Positions 17,007 to 26,911 are shown, counted from the stretch's first letter. The stretch is 32,000 nt of DNA from an uncultured Erysipelotrichaceae bacterium (GCA_942492995.1 OW818653.1:1380001-1412000); one strand, 5' to 3'. Translations and numbers: made by a program. The notes: a model not told the origin generated them from the sequence alone.

Positions 17007-18518
17007 CTTTTTGATTAATATGACTGAATTATATGGTTGAATTACTAAACTCGATGTACTTAACTTCGCATTTGTTTTACTTAGATTAAATATTTGAGCA
17101 CTAATCTTATAGTCTTTGAAATCATATTCAATGGTTGATACTGTATCGCTAATGTTATGAATGACAATCACTTCTTCATTTTCACTATATGATTTTAATG
17201 CATATATATTATTCCCGAAATTAAGTGATTCGTATTGTCCATCTGTAATGACATCGTATTTATTCTTAAGTGAGACTAATTGTTTGTAGTGATTGTATAA
17301 GGATGATTTATCAGAAGCTTGTTGCTTAACACCAATTGGTTCTTCACCATCATAATCCGCAGCTGAAGGTCCGAGTGTTTTTCCAGTTAAATCATTGTTA
17401 TCCCAAATCATTGCTAAACGTTTATTCTCATCAATGCCACTTCCTCGCATTCCAATCTCTTCACCATAATAGATATACGATCTACCTGGCATTAGTAAAT
17501 AAATTGATGCCATTAATTTTTGATATTCTACTTGTGCACTCTTGAAGTATCCTGCACTTCTACCTTGATCATGATTCGAAATAAATACCGCATTTAATGC
17601 GTCTGGATTCGAATCATGTATTAATTCATTGTATTTAACAACTTCATCCGCAAGATTCTTACCATTCTTTGAACGTATCGAACTTGCGATTAATCCATCT
17701 GCTTGAGATAAACTAAACTGGAATAAGCTATCAATACCGCTTTCATACAACGAACTAATTGTAGAATTCGTTGTCCATGCTTCTCCTACTACATAAGCAT
17801 CTGGATCGATTGTATGTATTGTTTCATCTAACCAAGTAAGAAATTCCGTATTCTTTGTGACATTTTGATTATAGAATGAAGTAACCGCATCTAATCTAAA
17901 TCCTTTTACCCCTTTATCTAACCAAAACGTTAGGATATCCTTTATTTCATTTCGAACATCTTCATTATCTAAATTTAAATCAGGCATTTTATCCCAGAAT
18001 AGAGCTTCATAATAATACCCTTCTCCGATTGGATAATACTTCCCTTGAGGTGTTGTACTAAATACGTAATAATCACAATATGAATTTTCATTCTCACATG
18101 TACCATTCAATACATTCTTTTTCGCTTCAATAAACCATGGGTGTTCACTTGATGAATGATTTAAAACTAGGTCGATAATTATATCAATATTATATGTATC
18201 AGCTTTAGTAATTAACTCATCGAAATCTTCTAATGTCCCATACTTTGGATCAATATCTTTGTAGTCTTTGACATCATACTTATGATCGGTTGGAGATGGA
18301 TGAATTGGCATTAACCAGATACCACCAACACCTAAATCATCTAGATACTCTAACTTTTCAGTTACACCATCTAAATCTCCCATACCATCTTCGTTTGTAT
18401 CATAAAATGATCCAACAAAAATCTCATAATAAACATAGTTCTTATCTGAACGAATTGTTTCAGTAGAACATGCGGTTAATAAAATGATAACGATAACTAA
18501 TAGAATTCGTTTGAACAT
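17004..18518 (-). CDS. GH13 alpha-amylase-family lipoprotein (extracellular alpha-glucan hydrolase)
   Basis: From ATG 18518 the protein starts MFKRILLVIVIILLTAC (lipobox LTAC). All four GH13 conserved regions are intact: DLVLNH, GFRLDAV, VGEAW, FISNHD. It is the last gene of the maltodextrin-type ABC operon. Confidence 0.85.
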   Translation of the reverse strand: MFKRILLVIVIILLTACSTETIRSDKNYVYYEIFVGSFYDTNEDGMGDLDGVTEKLEYLDDLGVGGIWLMPIHPSPTDHKYDVKDYKDIDPKYGTLEDFDELITKADTYNIDIIIDLVLNHSSSEHPWFIEAKKNVLNGTCENENSYCDYYVFSTTPQGKYYPIGEGYYYEALFWDKMPDLNLDNEDVRNEIKDILTFWLDKGVKGFRLDAVTSFYNQNVTKNTEFLTWLDETIHTIDPDAYVVGEAWTTNSTISSLYESGIDSLFQFSLSQADGLIASSIRSKNGKNLADEVVKYNELIHDSNPDALNAVFISNHDQGRSAGYFKSAQVEYQKLMASIYLLMPGRSYIYYGEEIGMRGSGIDENKRLAMIWDNNDLTGKTLGPSAADYDGEEPIGVKQQASDKSSLYNHYKQLVSLKNKYDVITDGQYESLNFGNNIYALKSYSENEEVIVIHNISDTVSTIEYDFKDYKISAQIFNLSKTNAKLSTSSLVIQPYNSVILIKK

Positions 18519-18519
18519 A

Positions 18520-19374
18520 TTATCCTTTGACTGATCCACCAGTGATTCCACTGATGTAATACTTTTGCATATAAATAAATAACAACGTAATCGGAATCGC
18601 TATAAGAACGGCACCTGCAGCGAATCGTGTAAAGTATTGATAAATATTTTCACGTGACAACATTTGGAATAATCCTAACGCAACCGTATAGTTTTCATAA
18701 TTATCCTTCATGATAACACTCACAAAGATGAAATCCATCCAAGGCGCGATAAACGATGTGAGAATAGTATATACGACAATTGGTTTTGATAAAGGAAGCG
18801 TAATCTTCCAGAATATCGTATTCTTACTCGCTCCATCTAACATCGCGGATTCATCAATTGATTTCGGGATTGTATCAAAGAAACCTTTTGAAATGTAATA
18901 GCCTAATGCGGCTCCACCTGAGTAAACAAGTACGAGCGCAAATAATGATTGAGTTAATCCGAATGCTTTAAGAATATGGTATACAGCAATCATTGACATA
19001 AATCCTGGAAACATGCCCAAGACAAGTGCCACATTCATCATCGGTTTACGTAGTCTAAAACGTAAACGACTTAGTGCATAACTTGTAAGTAATACGATGA
19101 TTGTAGATACTGCGCATGTAATAATCGCAACTATTAATGTATTCATAAACCATCTTGGATAATTGAATAGTTTAGTATCTGTAAATAACGCAATATAATT
19201 ATCTAATGTGAATGTTTTAGGGATGATATAAGGTGTATATGCACCTGGTTCTGCTCTAAACGAAACTAAGACAAGCCATCCAATTGGAAGAATCCAAATG
19301 AATGATAAGATTGACAATACTCCATAGATTAATCCATTACTGAATTTTTCACGAGTTCGCATATTTTTTATCAT
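18520..19374 (-). CDS. Carbohydrate ABC transporter permease (MalG-like)
   Basis: Six TM helices and an EAA-type loop (IDESAMLDGASKNTIFWKITLP). The ATG overlaps the upstream permease stop (ATGA at 19371-19374). Confidence 0.85.
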   Translation of the reverse strand: MIKNMRTREKFSNGLIYGVLSILSFIWILPIGWLVLVSFRAEPGAYTPYIIPKTFTLDNYIALFTDTKLFNYPRWFMNTLIVAIITCAVSTIIVLLTSYALSRLRFRLRKPMMNVALVLGMFPGFMSMIAVYHILKAFGLTQSLFALVLVYSGGAALGYYISKGFFDTIPKSIDESAMLDGASKNTIFWKITLPLSKPIVVYTILTSFIAPWMDFIFVSVIMKDNYENYTVALGLFQMLSRENIYQYFTRFAAGAVLIAIPITLLFIYMQKYYISGITGGSVKG

Positions 19375-20762
19375 TGGAAGTCTTCCTCCTTCTGTGTCGA
19401 TGCGGTCTTATTAAAGACAATTAATGAGAAGAATGCACTAATCATGAAGATAAATATACCGATTGTGGACGCAAATGAATAGTTTTGTTCATTAACCGTT
19501 AATTTATACAACCAAGTAACCAATAAGTCTGTTTTACCTGCTTGGAAATAATCCAAGGATAATGGACCTCCACGAGTTAATAGATAAATTACATTAAAGT
19601 TATTAATATTACCAATAAACTGGGTAATTAAGTAAGGACCTGTTACGAATAACATATACGGTAGCGTAATCTTCCAGAATTGAACCCATGCGTTAGCACC
19701 GTCAATCTTAGCACTTTCATATAAGTCTGTTGGTATGTTCATCAATATCCCAGATGTGATTAACATTGAATATGGAACCCCAACCCATAAGTTAACGATA
19801 ACGACTGTGACTTTAGCCCATGTCGGATCAGATAAGAATGGTAAGAACGTTTCAATAAAGCCAAATTGTCTTAAGAAAACATTGAGTGTCCCAAGATCCG
19901 CAAGTAATTGTGACATTAATAGTAAACTAACAAATTGAGGAACCGCAATGGTTATTACGAATATCGTTCTCCAAAATTTCTTAATCTTAATGCCTTTTTT
20001 ATTGATCATTAATGCTAAAACCATTCCAAATACATAGTTTAATCCAGTCGCAAGAACTGCCCAAATTAATGTCCAAATCAATAAATCAATAAATGTTTTA
20101 GACTTTAATGGGTCATTCCATAATACAGCCGCAAAATTCTCAAATCCTACCCATGTAAATAAATTACCTGGAGGTTGATGATTACGGTCAAAGTTTGTAA
20201 AAGCGATTAAAATCATAAATACCAACGGTACAATCGTAAATAGGAATGTTAGAAACACTGGAAGTGTTAATACAGTCACATGATATTTATCATTTAAGTA
20301 TAGTTGTATATCTTGTTTAAGGTTGTTTGGTTTTTTACCACTATTTAACAGTTTTTCATTTTGAATTGAACCGATAACACTCATCGCATACGCGATAATA
20401 ACGGCTAATACAATGAAGATTGTCGCAACCCCAAATAACAACATAAGCATTGAGTTATCGCCCTTAGCGACTACGAAGATTCCTCTCGCTTCATCCCATA
20501 CACGTTCTTGAGTTTGTGTTCCTAGTGTTCTTAATCCTAGAATATTACTCACACCACTCACTAACATAAATAGAATAAATCCAACTTGAGTCACTAAGTA
20601 TAATGTTCCTTTAACGATTTGTCCTCTTAGTAATTGACCAAGACCCATAATAAAATAGGATCCTTTAGTAATGCCATTACCTTCTTTAAATCCATTAAAG
20701 AAATCACTCATACGCTTTAATACTTTATTCGCTAAATCTTTGAACTTTTCAGTATTCTTCAT
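19371..20762 (-). CDS. Carbohydrate ABC transporter permease (MalF-like, extended N-terminus)
   Basis: 463 aa from ATG 20762, with SD GGAGGGG 6 nt upstream. EAA loop is YESAKIDGANAWVQFWKITLP. The longer track start would run through the intergenic hairpin. Confidence 0.85.
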   Translation of the reverse strand: MKNTEKFKDLANKVLKRMSDFFNGFKEGNGITKGSYFIMGLGQLLRGQIVKGTLYLVTQVGFILFMLVSGVSNILGLRTLGTQTQERVWDEARGIFVVAKGDNSMLMLLFGVATIFIVLAVIIAYAMSVIGSIQNEKLLNSGKKPNNLKQDIQLYLNDKYHVTVLTLPVFLTFLFTIVPLVFMILIAFTNFDRNHQPPGNLFTWVGFENFAAVLWNDPLKSKTFIDLLIWTLIWAVLATGLNYVFGMVLALMINKKGIKIKKFWRTIFVITIAVPQFVSLLLMSQLLADLGTLNVFLRQFGFIETFLPFLSDPTWAKVTVVIVNLWVGVPYSMLITSGILMNIPTDLYESAKIDGANAWVQFWKITLPYMLFVTGPYLITQFIGNINNFNVIYLLTRGGPLSLDYFQAGKTDLLVTWLYKLTVNEQNYSFASTIGIFIFMISAFFSLIVFNKTASTQKEEDFQ

Positions 20763-20784
20763 ACTTGTCCCCTCCATGAAGAAT

Positions 20785-20811
20785 AAGGGCAATATTATTC
20801 ATATTGCCCTT
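20785..20811 (-). other. Intra-operon stem-loop between the SBP gene and the first permease gene
   Basis: An 11-bp perfect stem, AAGGGCAATAT / ATATTGCCCTT, with a 5-nt loop. On the minus strand it is followed only by the interrupted T tract ATTCTTC. Confidence 0.6.
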
Positions 20812-20836
20812 TATTAATCTCCAATACTAAGTAAGA

Positions 20837-22033
20837 TTATTCGCCAGCTGCTTGAGAAACTAAAGCATCTAGCATTTCTTGAATGGACATTGTGTAGTCT
20901 TTATTTTCAAGAGCTAAACCGAATGCTTCAGCAGGACCCCAATACGTACCAGCTACACTGTTTTGACTCATAGCATAAGGTGCTTGTTGAGCTAAAGCAG
21001 ATAAAGCAACGTCAGCTAATACAGCAGCATTTTGTGCCGCATTCTTATTAGCAGGACCTAATTTACGAGTTTCGAAACGTTTAACTTGGTTAGCTTCATT
21101 TGTTAAGAATTCAGCTAAAGCCATTGCTTCTTCTGGGAACATTGTTAAACTATTAACACCCATTAGTTTGAATCCAGCGAAACTACCCATTTGTGTTTCA
21201 ACTCCACCTAGATTAAAGGTAGGAAGTTTAGTAGCAGCATAGTTGTCGCCTAAGATTGTAGCGATATCGCCAGCATTCCATGTTCCAGAAACACCAGCAG
21301 CAATTGTAGAACCGATACCAGCTTTAAGAACGTTGTCGTCCCCAGTTAAGTAAGCAGGATTAGCTGTAATAGCCTTGATTGCTTCCCCAACTTTAACACC
21401 AGTTTCGTTGTTGAAATCTAATGCTTGTTTTCCATCAACAACTTCAAATTTGCTACCAGCACCGATAAAGAATGATGCAATGTACCAACCATTTGAAACG
21501 TCCATGAATACTGATTTACCAGCAGCGCCAGCAACTTCTAACATCTTGTCGAATGATTTAACATCTTCTTCTGTGAATACGGATTTATCATAATACATGA
21601 AATATCCATTATCAGCAGTCATTGGATAACCATATAGTTTTCCATCAACTGTAGCTGAATCAACTGCGGATTGAATGTTTGCAGCAACAATCGCATCCTT
21701 ATTGATCGTAACTTCATACAAAGCACCAGCATTTACTAAGTCCATAACTTGGTCATTAGGGAATGCGAATACGTCTGCAGCAGCCTCAGGATCTTCTAAA
21801 TATTTTGTACGTGCATCTGGTTCACCAACAACACCTAATTCGATTGTCCAGTTTGCTTCAGGATGAGCAGTCTTGAATTCTTCAATCATGCCAGTAAGCA
21901 TTTCTTGATCTTCTTGAGCTCCCCAAACTTTCAACGTAACATCTTTTACTTCCGCAACAGGTTCTTCAGCTTTACATGCAACTAAAGAAAGTGTCATAAG
22001 AAGCATTAACATAGCTAATAATAATTTCTTCAT
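20837..22033 (-). CDS. Maltodextrin/sugar ABC transporter substrate-binding lipoprotein (MalE-like)
   Basis: Starts MKKLLLAMLMLLMTLSLVAC (lipobox LVAC). SD GGGAGGA is present. It is the first gene of the operon with two permeases and the GH13 enzyme. Confidence 0.8.
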   Translation of the reverse strand: MKKLLLAMLMLLMTLSLVACKAEEPVAEVKDVTLKVWGAQEDQEMLTGMIEEFKTAHPEANWTIELGVVGEPDARTKYLEDPEAAADVFAFPNDQVMDLVNAGALYEVTINKDAIVAANIQSAVDSATVDGKLYGYPMTADNGYFMYYDKSVFTEEDVKSFDKMLEVAGAAGKSVFMDVSNGWYIASFFIGAGSKFEVVDGKQALDFNNETGVKVGEAIKAITANPAYLTGDDNVLKAGIGSTIAAGVSGTWNAGDIATILGDNYAATKLPTFNLGGVETQMGSFAGFKLMGVNSLTMFPEEAMALAEFLTNEANQVKRFETRKLGPANKNAAQNAAVLADVALSALAQQAPYAMSQNSVAGTYWGPAEAFGLALENKDYTMSIQEMLDALVSQAAGE

Positions 22034-22056
22034 TATAGTCCTCCCTATTTAAACAC

Positions 22057-22074
22057 AATGTAAGTGTTTACATT
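22057..22074. promoter_or_regulatory. cre / LacI-family (CcpA or MalR-type) operator-like palindrome
   Basis: AATGTAAGTGTTTACATT has 7-bp perfect arms, AATGTAA and TTACATT. The core TGTAAGTGTTTACA differs at one position (TG for the central CG) from the cre consensus TGWAANCGNTNWCA as I recall it. It sits just downstream of the candidate -10 and 24 nt upstream of the SBP start codon. Confidence 0.55.
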
Positions 22075-22077
22075 TAA

Positions 22078-22106
22078 AATATAACACTTAAAAATGAATA
22101 CTTCAA
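22078..22106 (-). promoter_or_regulatory. Candidate promoter of the maltodextrin-type ABC operon
   Basis: The minus strand reads TTGAAG (22106-22101), a 17-nt spacer ending in TGT, then TATATT (22083-22078), giving an extended -10. Confidence 0.5.
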
Positions 22107-22142
22107 TCGATTTACCCAATGTATTTTCTTACATCTAAATAT

Positions 22143-22165
22143 GAAAAAACAGGAAAGATTCCTGT
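22143..22165 (-). terminator. Rho-independent terminator after the dsbA-like gene
   Basis: 7-bp stem ACAGGAA / TTCCTGT, 3-nt loop, and TTTTTT on the minus strand. Confidence 0.65.
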
Positions 22166-22199
22166 AAATTTCACATATATTTCACAAACAAAGTCTATT

Positions 22200-22826
22200 T
22201 TATCGATTTTCGTTTAATGTTTGTACGAAAAACGCTAGGGATTGAGCCCCTTTAATACTGGTACGTCCATTTATTAAGAAATACGGAACCGCATGAATAT
22301 TCTTACGATTTGCTTCCTCAATATCTCGTTTTACCTCAGTTTCGAACTGATTTGATGAGAGTAATTCATTCATTAATTTTGGATCTAACCCTACTGATTC
22401 ACCAATTTTTATAAGATTATCGAATTCCGCAATGTTAATTCCCTTTGTAAAATGTGCTTCATACAATGCTTTATTTAACTCATTTGTAACATTTGATTTC
22501 CCAACAAGTTTAGTTAATCGATGAGCATCAAACGTATTTGTCTCATTAACTTGATCGAAACGTAAGTCTAATCCTACATTCTTTCCATGTAATACGACAT
22601 TATTAACCATCTTTTCAGCTTCACTATATGGTACACGATATTTCTTAGATAGATGTGTAATCGTATTCTCAGTTGATACTTTAGGCGCGTTAGGATCTAA
22701 TTGAAATGCCTTATATACAATTTCAACCTCTTCCTTAATCCCTAATTTCTCAATCGCTTGATCGAGTGTTGTCTTTCCGATATAACAGAACGGACATGCA
22801 TAATCTGCCCAAATTTCAATTTTCAT
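22200..22826 (-). CDS. DsbA/FrnE-like thiol:disulfide oxidoreductase (cytoplasmic; no signal peptide)
   Basis: Starts MKIEIWADYACPFCYIGK (CPFC active site) and is 208 aa. SD GGTGAGG is present. Confidence 0.8.
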   Translation of the reverse strand: MKIEIWADYACPFCYIGKTTLDQAIEKLGIKEEVEIVYKAFQLDPNAPKVSTENTITHLSKKYRVPYSEAEKMVNNVVLHGKNVGLDLRFDQVNETNTFDAHRLTKLVGKSNVTNELNKALYEAHFTKGINIAEFDNLIKIGESVGLDPKLMNELLSSNQFETEVKRDIEEANRKNIHAVPYFLINGRTSIKGAQSLAFFVQTLNENR

Positions 22827-22908
22827 TTATTTTACCTCACCATTAATTTACCTTATTCTCTTACTTTTAGAAAGTAATATGCATCATGATTTATGATATT
22901 ATTATTTC

Positions 22909-23448
22909 ATGATACAAGGTAAACGCATTTATTTAAGACACTTAAACGAACATGACGCAAATCGCTTATTCGATTACGAACTCAAGAATCGCGATTTTTT
23001 TAAGCCAACTTCATTTACACGTAACGATAATTATTACACGTTAGAGAATATACGAAAGAATATCGAGAATTATAAGAAGGAAGTTGCTAGTAAATCAGGC
23101 TTTAGATTCGGTATATTTCTTAACACAAATCATCATTTGATTGGGATGATTGCGTTAAATGATATTCTTTGGTCACTTAAGACTTCGTATGTTGGTTACT
23201 CATTAAGTCATGAACATACTAAACTTGGGTATATGCGTGAAGCTCTAGATTTATTAATAAACTATTCATTCGAAGAATTAAAGCTACATCGATTAGAAGC
23301 TGGAGTAATGCCAAGTAATGTTTCATCTTGGAAAGCACTCGAAAATTGCGGGTTTATACGTGAAGGGTTGTTAAGAAAAAATGTCCATATAAATGGACAA
23401 TGGGAAGATCATTATATCTACGGTTGTTTAAACGAAAAAGATAACTAA
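22909..23448 (+). CDS. GNAT-family N-acetyltransferase (RimJ/RimL-like)
   Basis: 179 aa. Starts KRIYLRHLNEHDANRLFDYE, with the acetyl-CoA binding region GYMREALDLLINYSFEELKLHRLEAGVMPSNVSSWKALENCGF. Confidence 0.75.
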   Translation: MIQGKRIYLRHLNEHDANRLFDYELKNRDFFKPTSFTRNDNYYTLENIRKNIENYKKEVASKSGFRFGIFLNTNHHLIGMIALNDILWSLKTSYVGYSLSHEHTKLGYMREALDLLINYSFEELKLHRLEAGVMPSNVSSWKALENCGFIREGLLRKNVHINGQWEDHYIYGCLNEKDN

Positions 23449-23468
23449 ATCCTGAAAAGGATTTTTTT
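23447..23468 (+). terminator. Rho-independent terminator after the GNAT gene
   Basis: 7-bp stem AAATCCT / AGGATTT with a GAAA loop, followed by a T-run. It abuts the stop of the convergent ABC gene. Confidence 0.65.
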
Positions 23469-25524
23469 ATCGTCCACTTATGACATCTACTGGATCGAGT
23501 AAATTAATGTGATGAGTTAATACGATAATTAAGACTGTGAACACAAGAATGATTAACGTAAATACTTCAATAAAGTGGCCAACACCTAAAAAGAAAATTG
23601 GGTAATGGAAGAATGAGATATAGGTATCAAAGAAATGTACCATAAATGCGAAGTTTAAAATATCCAACATAAATGGAACCATGACTAAAACTAAACTCAT
23701 AATAAATATTCCAATAAAGAATGCCTCTATCAAGAATATCTTCTGTATTTCTCCAACTTGACAGCCTAATGCACGTAATATACCAATCCGTTTCTTTCTA
23801 AATAGAATACTTGATGCGATATAGTTACCAAGGAAAATTAACATAAAGTAGCCAATTAATGGGACAAGTAATCCCATAATTAGTGTAAGTTCATAACGTG
23901 TATAACGGTTTAATGTGTCAGTATATCTTGGCAAGATTGTAAATGTTCCAATCGTTTTTAGCTCATTTATGAGTCCTTTAATATTCGTTGTATCACTAAT
24001 CTTTATTCCATAACTAATTTGCGTTGTTGGATATGGATTCGTTCTTAAGAAGCTTGAATGTACATACATATTGGTGAAGGTTGATTCAAGAATGGTTGTA
24101 TCAGAACGTAATAATGGCGTCTCATTAAGTGCTATTCCAACGATTTTTAGTCGTAGTTTATCAGAAAAGTTTATCCAATTATCTTGCTTAATCAAATCTT
24201 CAATCGTATTCATTTCTGTATAGTTATACGTTAAGAGTAATTTCGCAATGTAATTCGATATCACAACTTCATAACGATTCTCTGGTGCGCGTCCAATTAT
24301 ATTATCTAATAATGGACTTTTTTCTTGTACTGATGTGAAATTTATATTGGAGTTTTGGATTGTTTCGTATAATTCATCATTCGGTTTAGGGATTAATGGT
24401 GATTCCAATAAACTAACATCTGACCAATTTACATCCAATTGTTTAAGTTTAATCCAATCTTCATTTAACTTAATTAAAGTCTTAGGATAGAGTATTGCAT
24501 CATATTTTAATGCGATTTCTTTTATATTTACCAACACATCAGGTGTAAGCTTACGATTCATATCTACACTAATATTCGGATTCGAAATATTAATTGTTTT
24601 GTCAGAGATAGGTTCAACCACAATCAAATGATCTTGATTACTTAATCGCATGAGATCTTCAGTTACACCATCACTGACATAGAGCGATGTATAGACAGAA
24701 GAAAGAACTGCGACTAAAAATGACACAATAACACATGTCACTAATAAGCGAAGTTTGTTTTTAATGATATTCCCAAAACTCATATTCCAGATTAATGAGA
24801 ATGGAAGACGTGCTTTCCTTTTAGCTGGTATATTTACTTTATCATCATTAATAATCGTATTTGAATCACGTATAACATGTCCATCCGACAATTCAATGAT
24901 TCGATCAGCGTATTGATGTGCATATTCCGCATCATGACTTACCACAATGACACACTTAGTTAGACTTAGTTTCTTAAACAATTCGAATATTTGAATGGAT
25001 GTCTCACTATCAAGATTCCCCGTTGGTTCATCCGCTAATAATATAACTGGATCTTTTATAAGTGCTCGTGCAATCGCAACACGTTGTTTCTGCCCACCCG
25101 ATAATTCATCTAATTGTCTTTTCTCTAACCCTGTTAACTCCACATCTTCTAATACTTTATGTATGATTTCATCTGTAACTTCACGTTTCTGTAGGCGTAA
25201 TGCTAGAGCGATATTGTCATACACATTTAAGTTATTCATTAGATTGTATTCTTGAAAAACAAATCCAATATACGAATTACGATACTGAGCACAAGTGTTT
25301 TCATCGAAACGTTTAAGTTCTTGTCCATTGATAAGTATCTTACTGGAGTTCGCAGAATCTAAACCGCCAATAATATTTAATAAACTTGTTTTCCCACTTC
25401 CACTTTTACCTAATATAAAAACTAATCCCTTTGAATTAAACTGTAGATTTATTTGATCAAGTGCTTTTACTTGTATCTTTGACTTACTGGTATACGTTTT
25501 ATTTACATTTAATAGTTCAATCAT
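23467..25524 (-). CDS. Fused ABC ATP-binding / FtsX-like permease protein (MacB-type, large extracytoplasmic domain)
   Basis: NBD motifs: [33 protein letters not shown]1 is followed by a ~265-aa extracytoplasmic region and then three C-terminal TM helices (FtsX domain). The start lies 1 nt after the upstream paralog's stop. Confidence 0.85.
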   Translation of the reverse strand: MIELLNVNKTYTSKSKIQVKALDQINLQFNSKGLVFILGKSGSGKTSLLNIIGGLDSANSSKILINGQELKRFDENTCAQYRNSYIGFVFQEYNLMNNLNVYDNIALALRLQKREVTDEIIHKVLEDVELTGLEKRQLDELSGGQKQRVAIARALIKDPVILLADEPTGNLDSETSIQIFELFKKLSLTKCVIVVSHDAEYAHQYADRIIELSDGHVIRDSNTIINDDKVNIPAKRKARLPFSLIWNMSFGNIIKNKLRLLVTCVIVSFLVAVLSSVYTSLYVSDGVTEDLMRLSNQDHLIVVEPISDKTINISNPNISVDMNRKLTPDVLVNIKEIALKYDAILYPKTLIKLNEDWIKLKQLDVNWSDVSLLESPLIPKPNDELYETIQNSNINFTSVQEKSPLLDNIIGRAPENRYEVVISNYIAKLLLTYNYTEMNTIEDLIKQDNWINFSDKLRLKIVGIALNETPLLRSDTTILESTFTNMYVHSSFLRTNPYPTTQISYGIKISDTTNIKGLINELKTIGTFTILPRYTDTLNRYTRYELTLIMGLLVPLIGYFMLIFLGNYIASSILFRKKRIGILRALGCQVGEIQKIFLIEAFFIGIFIMSLVLVMVPFMLDILNFAFMVHFFDTYISFFHYPIFFLGVGHFIEVFTLIILVFTVLIIVLTHHINLLDPVDVISGR

Positions 25525-25525
25525 A

Positions 25526-26854
25526 TTAGCTCTCTTTCAATATCGAAATAACACTGTTTTTCTTAATAGAGTACAACGTTAACCCTATTGTTAGAGCCAT
25601 AGGAATAGTTATTAAGATCCCAAAATTGAAGCTTAGTTGTAAAAGATTTAATTCAAACAGTTTAATTCCATCAAAGAATTTCTTATTAATATCAATAATA
25701 TAGGCGAATGATAACAGTGAAGATAATGTAAAAGATACGATTCCTATAATTAATCCTTCCCATGCGAAGATACGTAATACATCATTGGTACTCGCACCGA
25801 GTGCTTTGAATATTCCAATTTGTTTGCGTCGCTGAGAAATGCTCATGGATAGAAATACATACAGGATACTTATCAATCCAACATACATTCCAATAAATAA
25901 TGTTCTAGCGTTTTCAAAGGATAAGTAGCCTTGTAAGTCTTGAGTCATTGCGATTATCTTAGTTTGACCATACATTACATAAAAATCCGATGATGAGTAT
26001 CGTATGAAATATAAGTACGCTCCTAAAAGTAACGTAAATAATAGACAAATTGATAAGATGAAATTAGTAATTAATAATTGACCTTTTTTATTCGATAAAC
26101 TATGAATACCATATTTCCAACTTGATAAGAAACTTAATTTAGGATGAATTAATTCAAATACTCGAGATTCACTTTTATCTTCATGTAAACATATATCTTG
26201 AAGTATTTTCCCATCTTTAATCTTAATAACACGATCCGCATAGATTTCAGCTTCTTCGGGATCATGTGACACTACCACAACTAAATTATCTAACGATATT
26301 TTCTTCAATAAATCCATTATTTGATTGGATGTATGTGAATCTAGATTTCCTGTTGGTTCATCCGCTAATATTATTGTTGGTTTCTTAATCAATGCACGTG
26401 CAATTGCGATACGTTGTTTTTGCCCGCCAGAGACTTCATTCCCTTTACGCGTTTCATATCCACTTAAGCCAACATAGTCTAATAATTCCATCATTTCGTT
26501 ATGATCAACTTTTTTACCTTGTAGTTCAAGTGCTAATCCTACATTTTCTTCTACTGTAAATGAGTCGATTAAATTAAAGTCTTGAAACACAAATCCAACA
26601 TTCGCATTACGATAGTAATCAAGTTCTTTTTGGTCTAGTCCATGAATGTCTTTACCATTAACTAGCACTTCACCTGAATTTGCGGTATCTAATCCACCAA
26701 TTATATTAAGTAGTGTCGACTTCCCACTTCCGCTTTTCCCTAACACAAAAACTAAGCCTCGATTGGGTAGTGTCAAGCTTAAATCATCTAACGCTTTGGT
26801 AACAATACCTAATCGTGTAGTATAGTTTTTTATTATGTTTCTTAATTCTATCAA
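25526..26854 (-). CDS. Fused ABC ATP-binding / FtsX-like permease protein (short form, minimal extracytoplasmic loop)
   Basis: TTG start with SD GGAGG 8 nt upstream. NBD motifs: [31 protein letters not shown]. Four TM helices, with only ~35 aa between TM1 and TM2. Confidence 0.85.
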   Translation of the reverse strand: MIELRNIIKNYTTRLGIVTKALDDLSLTLPNRGLVFVLGKSGSGKSTLLNIIGGLDTANSGEVLVNGKDIHGLDQKELDYYRNANVGFVFQDFNLIDSFTVEENVGLALELQGKKVDHNEMMELLDYVGLSGYETRKGNEVSGGQKQRIAIARALIKKPTIILADEPTGNLDSHTSNQIMDLLKKISLDNLVVVVSHDPEEAEIYADRVIKIKDGKILQDICLHEDKSESRVFELIHPKLSFLSSWKYGIHSLSNKKGQLLITNFILSICLLFTLLLGAYLYFIRYSSSDFYVMYGQTKIIAMTQDLQGYLSFENARTLFIGMYVGLISILYVFLSMSISQRRKQIGIFKALGASTNDVLRIFAWEGLIIGIVSFTLSSLLSFAYIIDINKKFFDGIKLFELNLLQLSFNFGILITIPMALTIGLTLYSIKKNSVISILKES

Positions 26855-26911
26855 AGCTAAAAACCTCCGACTCTGTTTATAATTATAACTACATTAATTT
26901 GAATATAATAG

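Noticed and set aside
20837-22033. A visibly different codon/GC flavour in the SBP gene (many GCT/GCA/GGT codons) as a hint of horizontal transfer.
   Set aside because: The pattern is more simply explained by an Ala/Gly-rich periplasmic-type protein with high-expression codon bias. The gene is embedded in a coherent operon with normal junctions. I cannot compute statistics here.
25380-26745. Similar DNA segments in the two ABC genes as a possible mobile or repeat element. Example: ttcccacttccacttttacctaatataaaaactaa versus ttcccacttccgcttttccctaacacaaaaactaa.
   Set aside because: They correspond to the conserved Walker A and Walker B coding regions of tandem paralogs. No terminal repeats or transposase are present.
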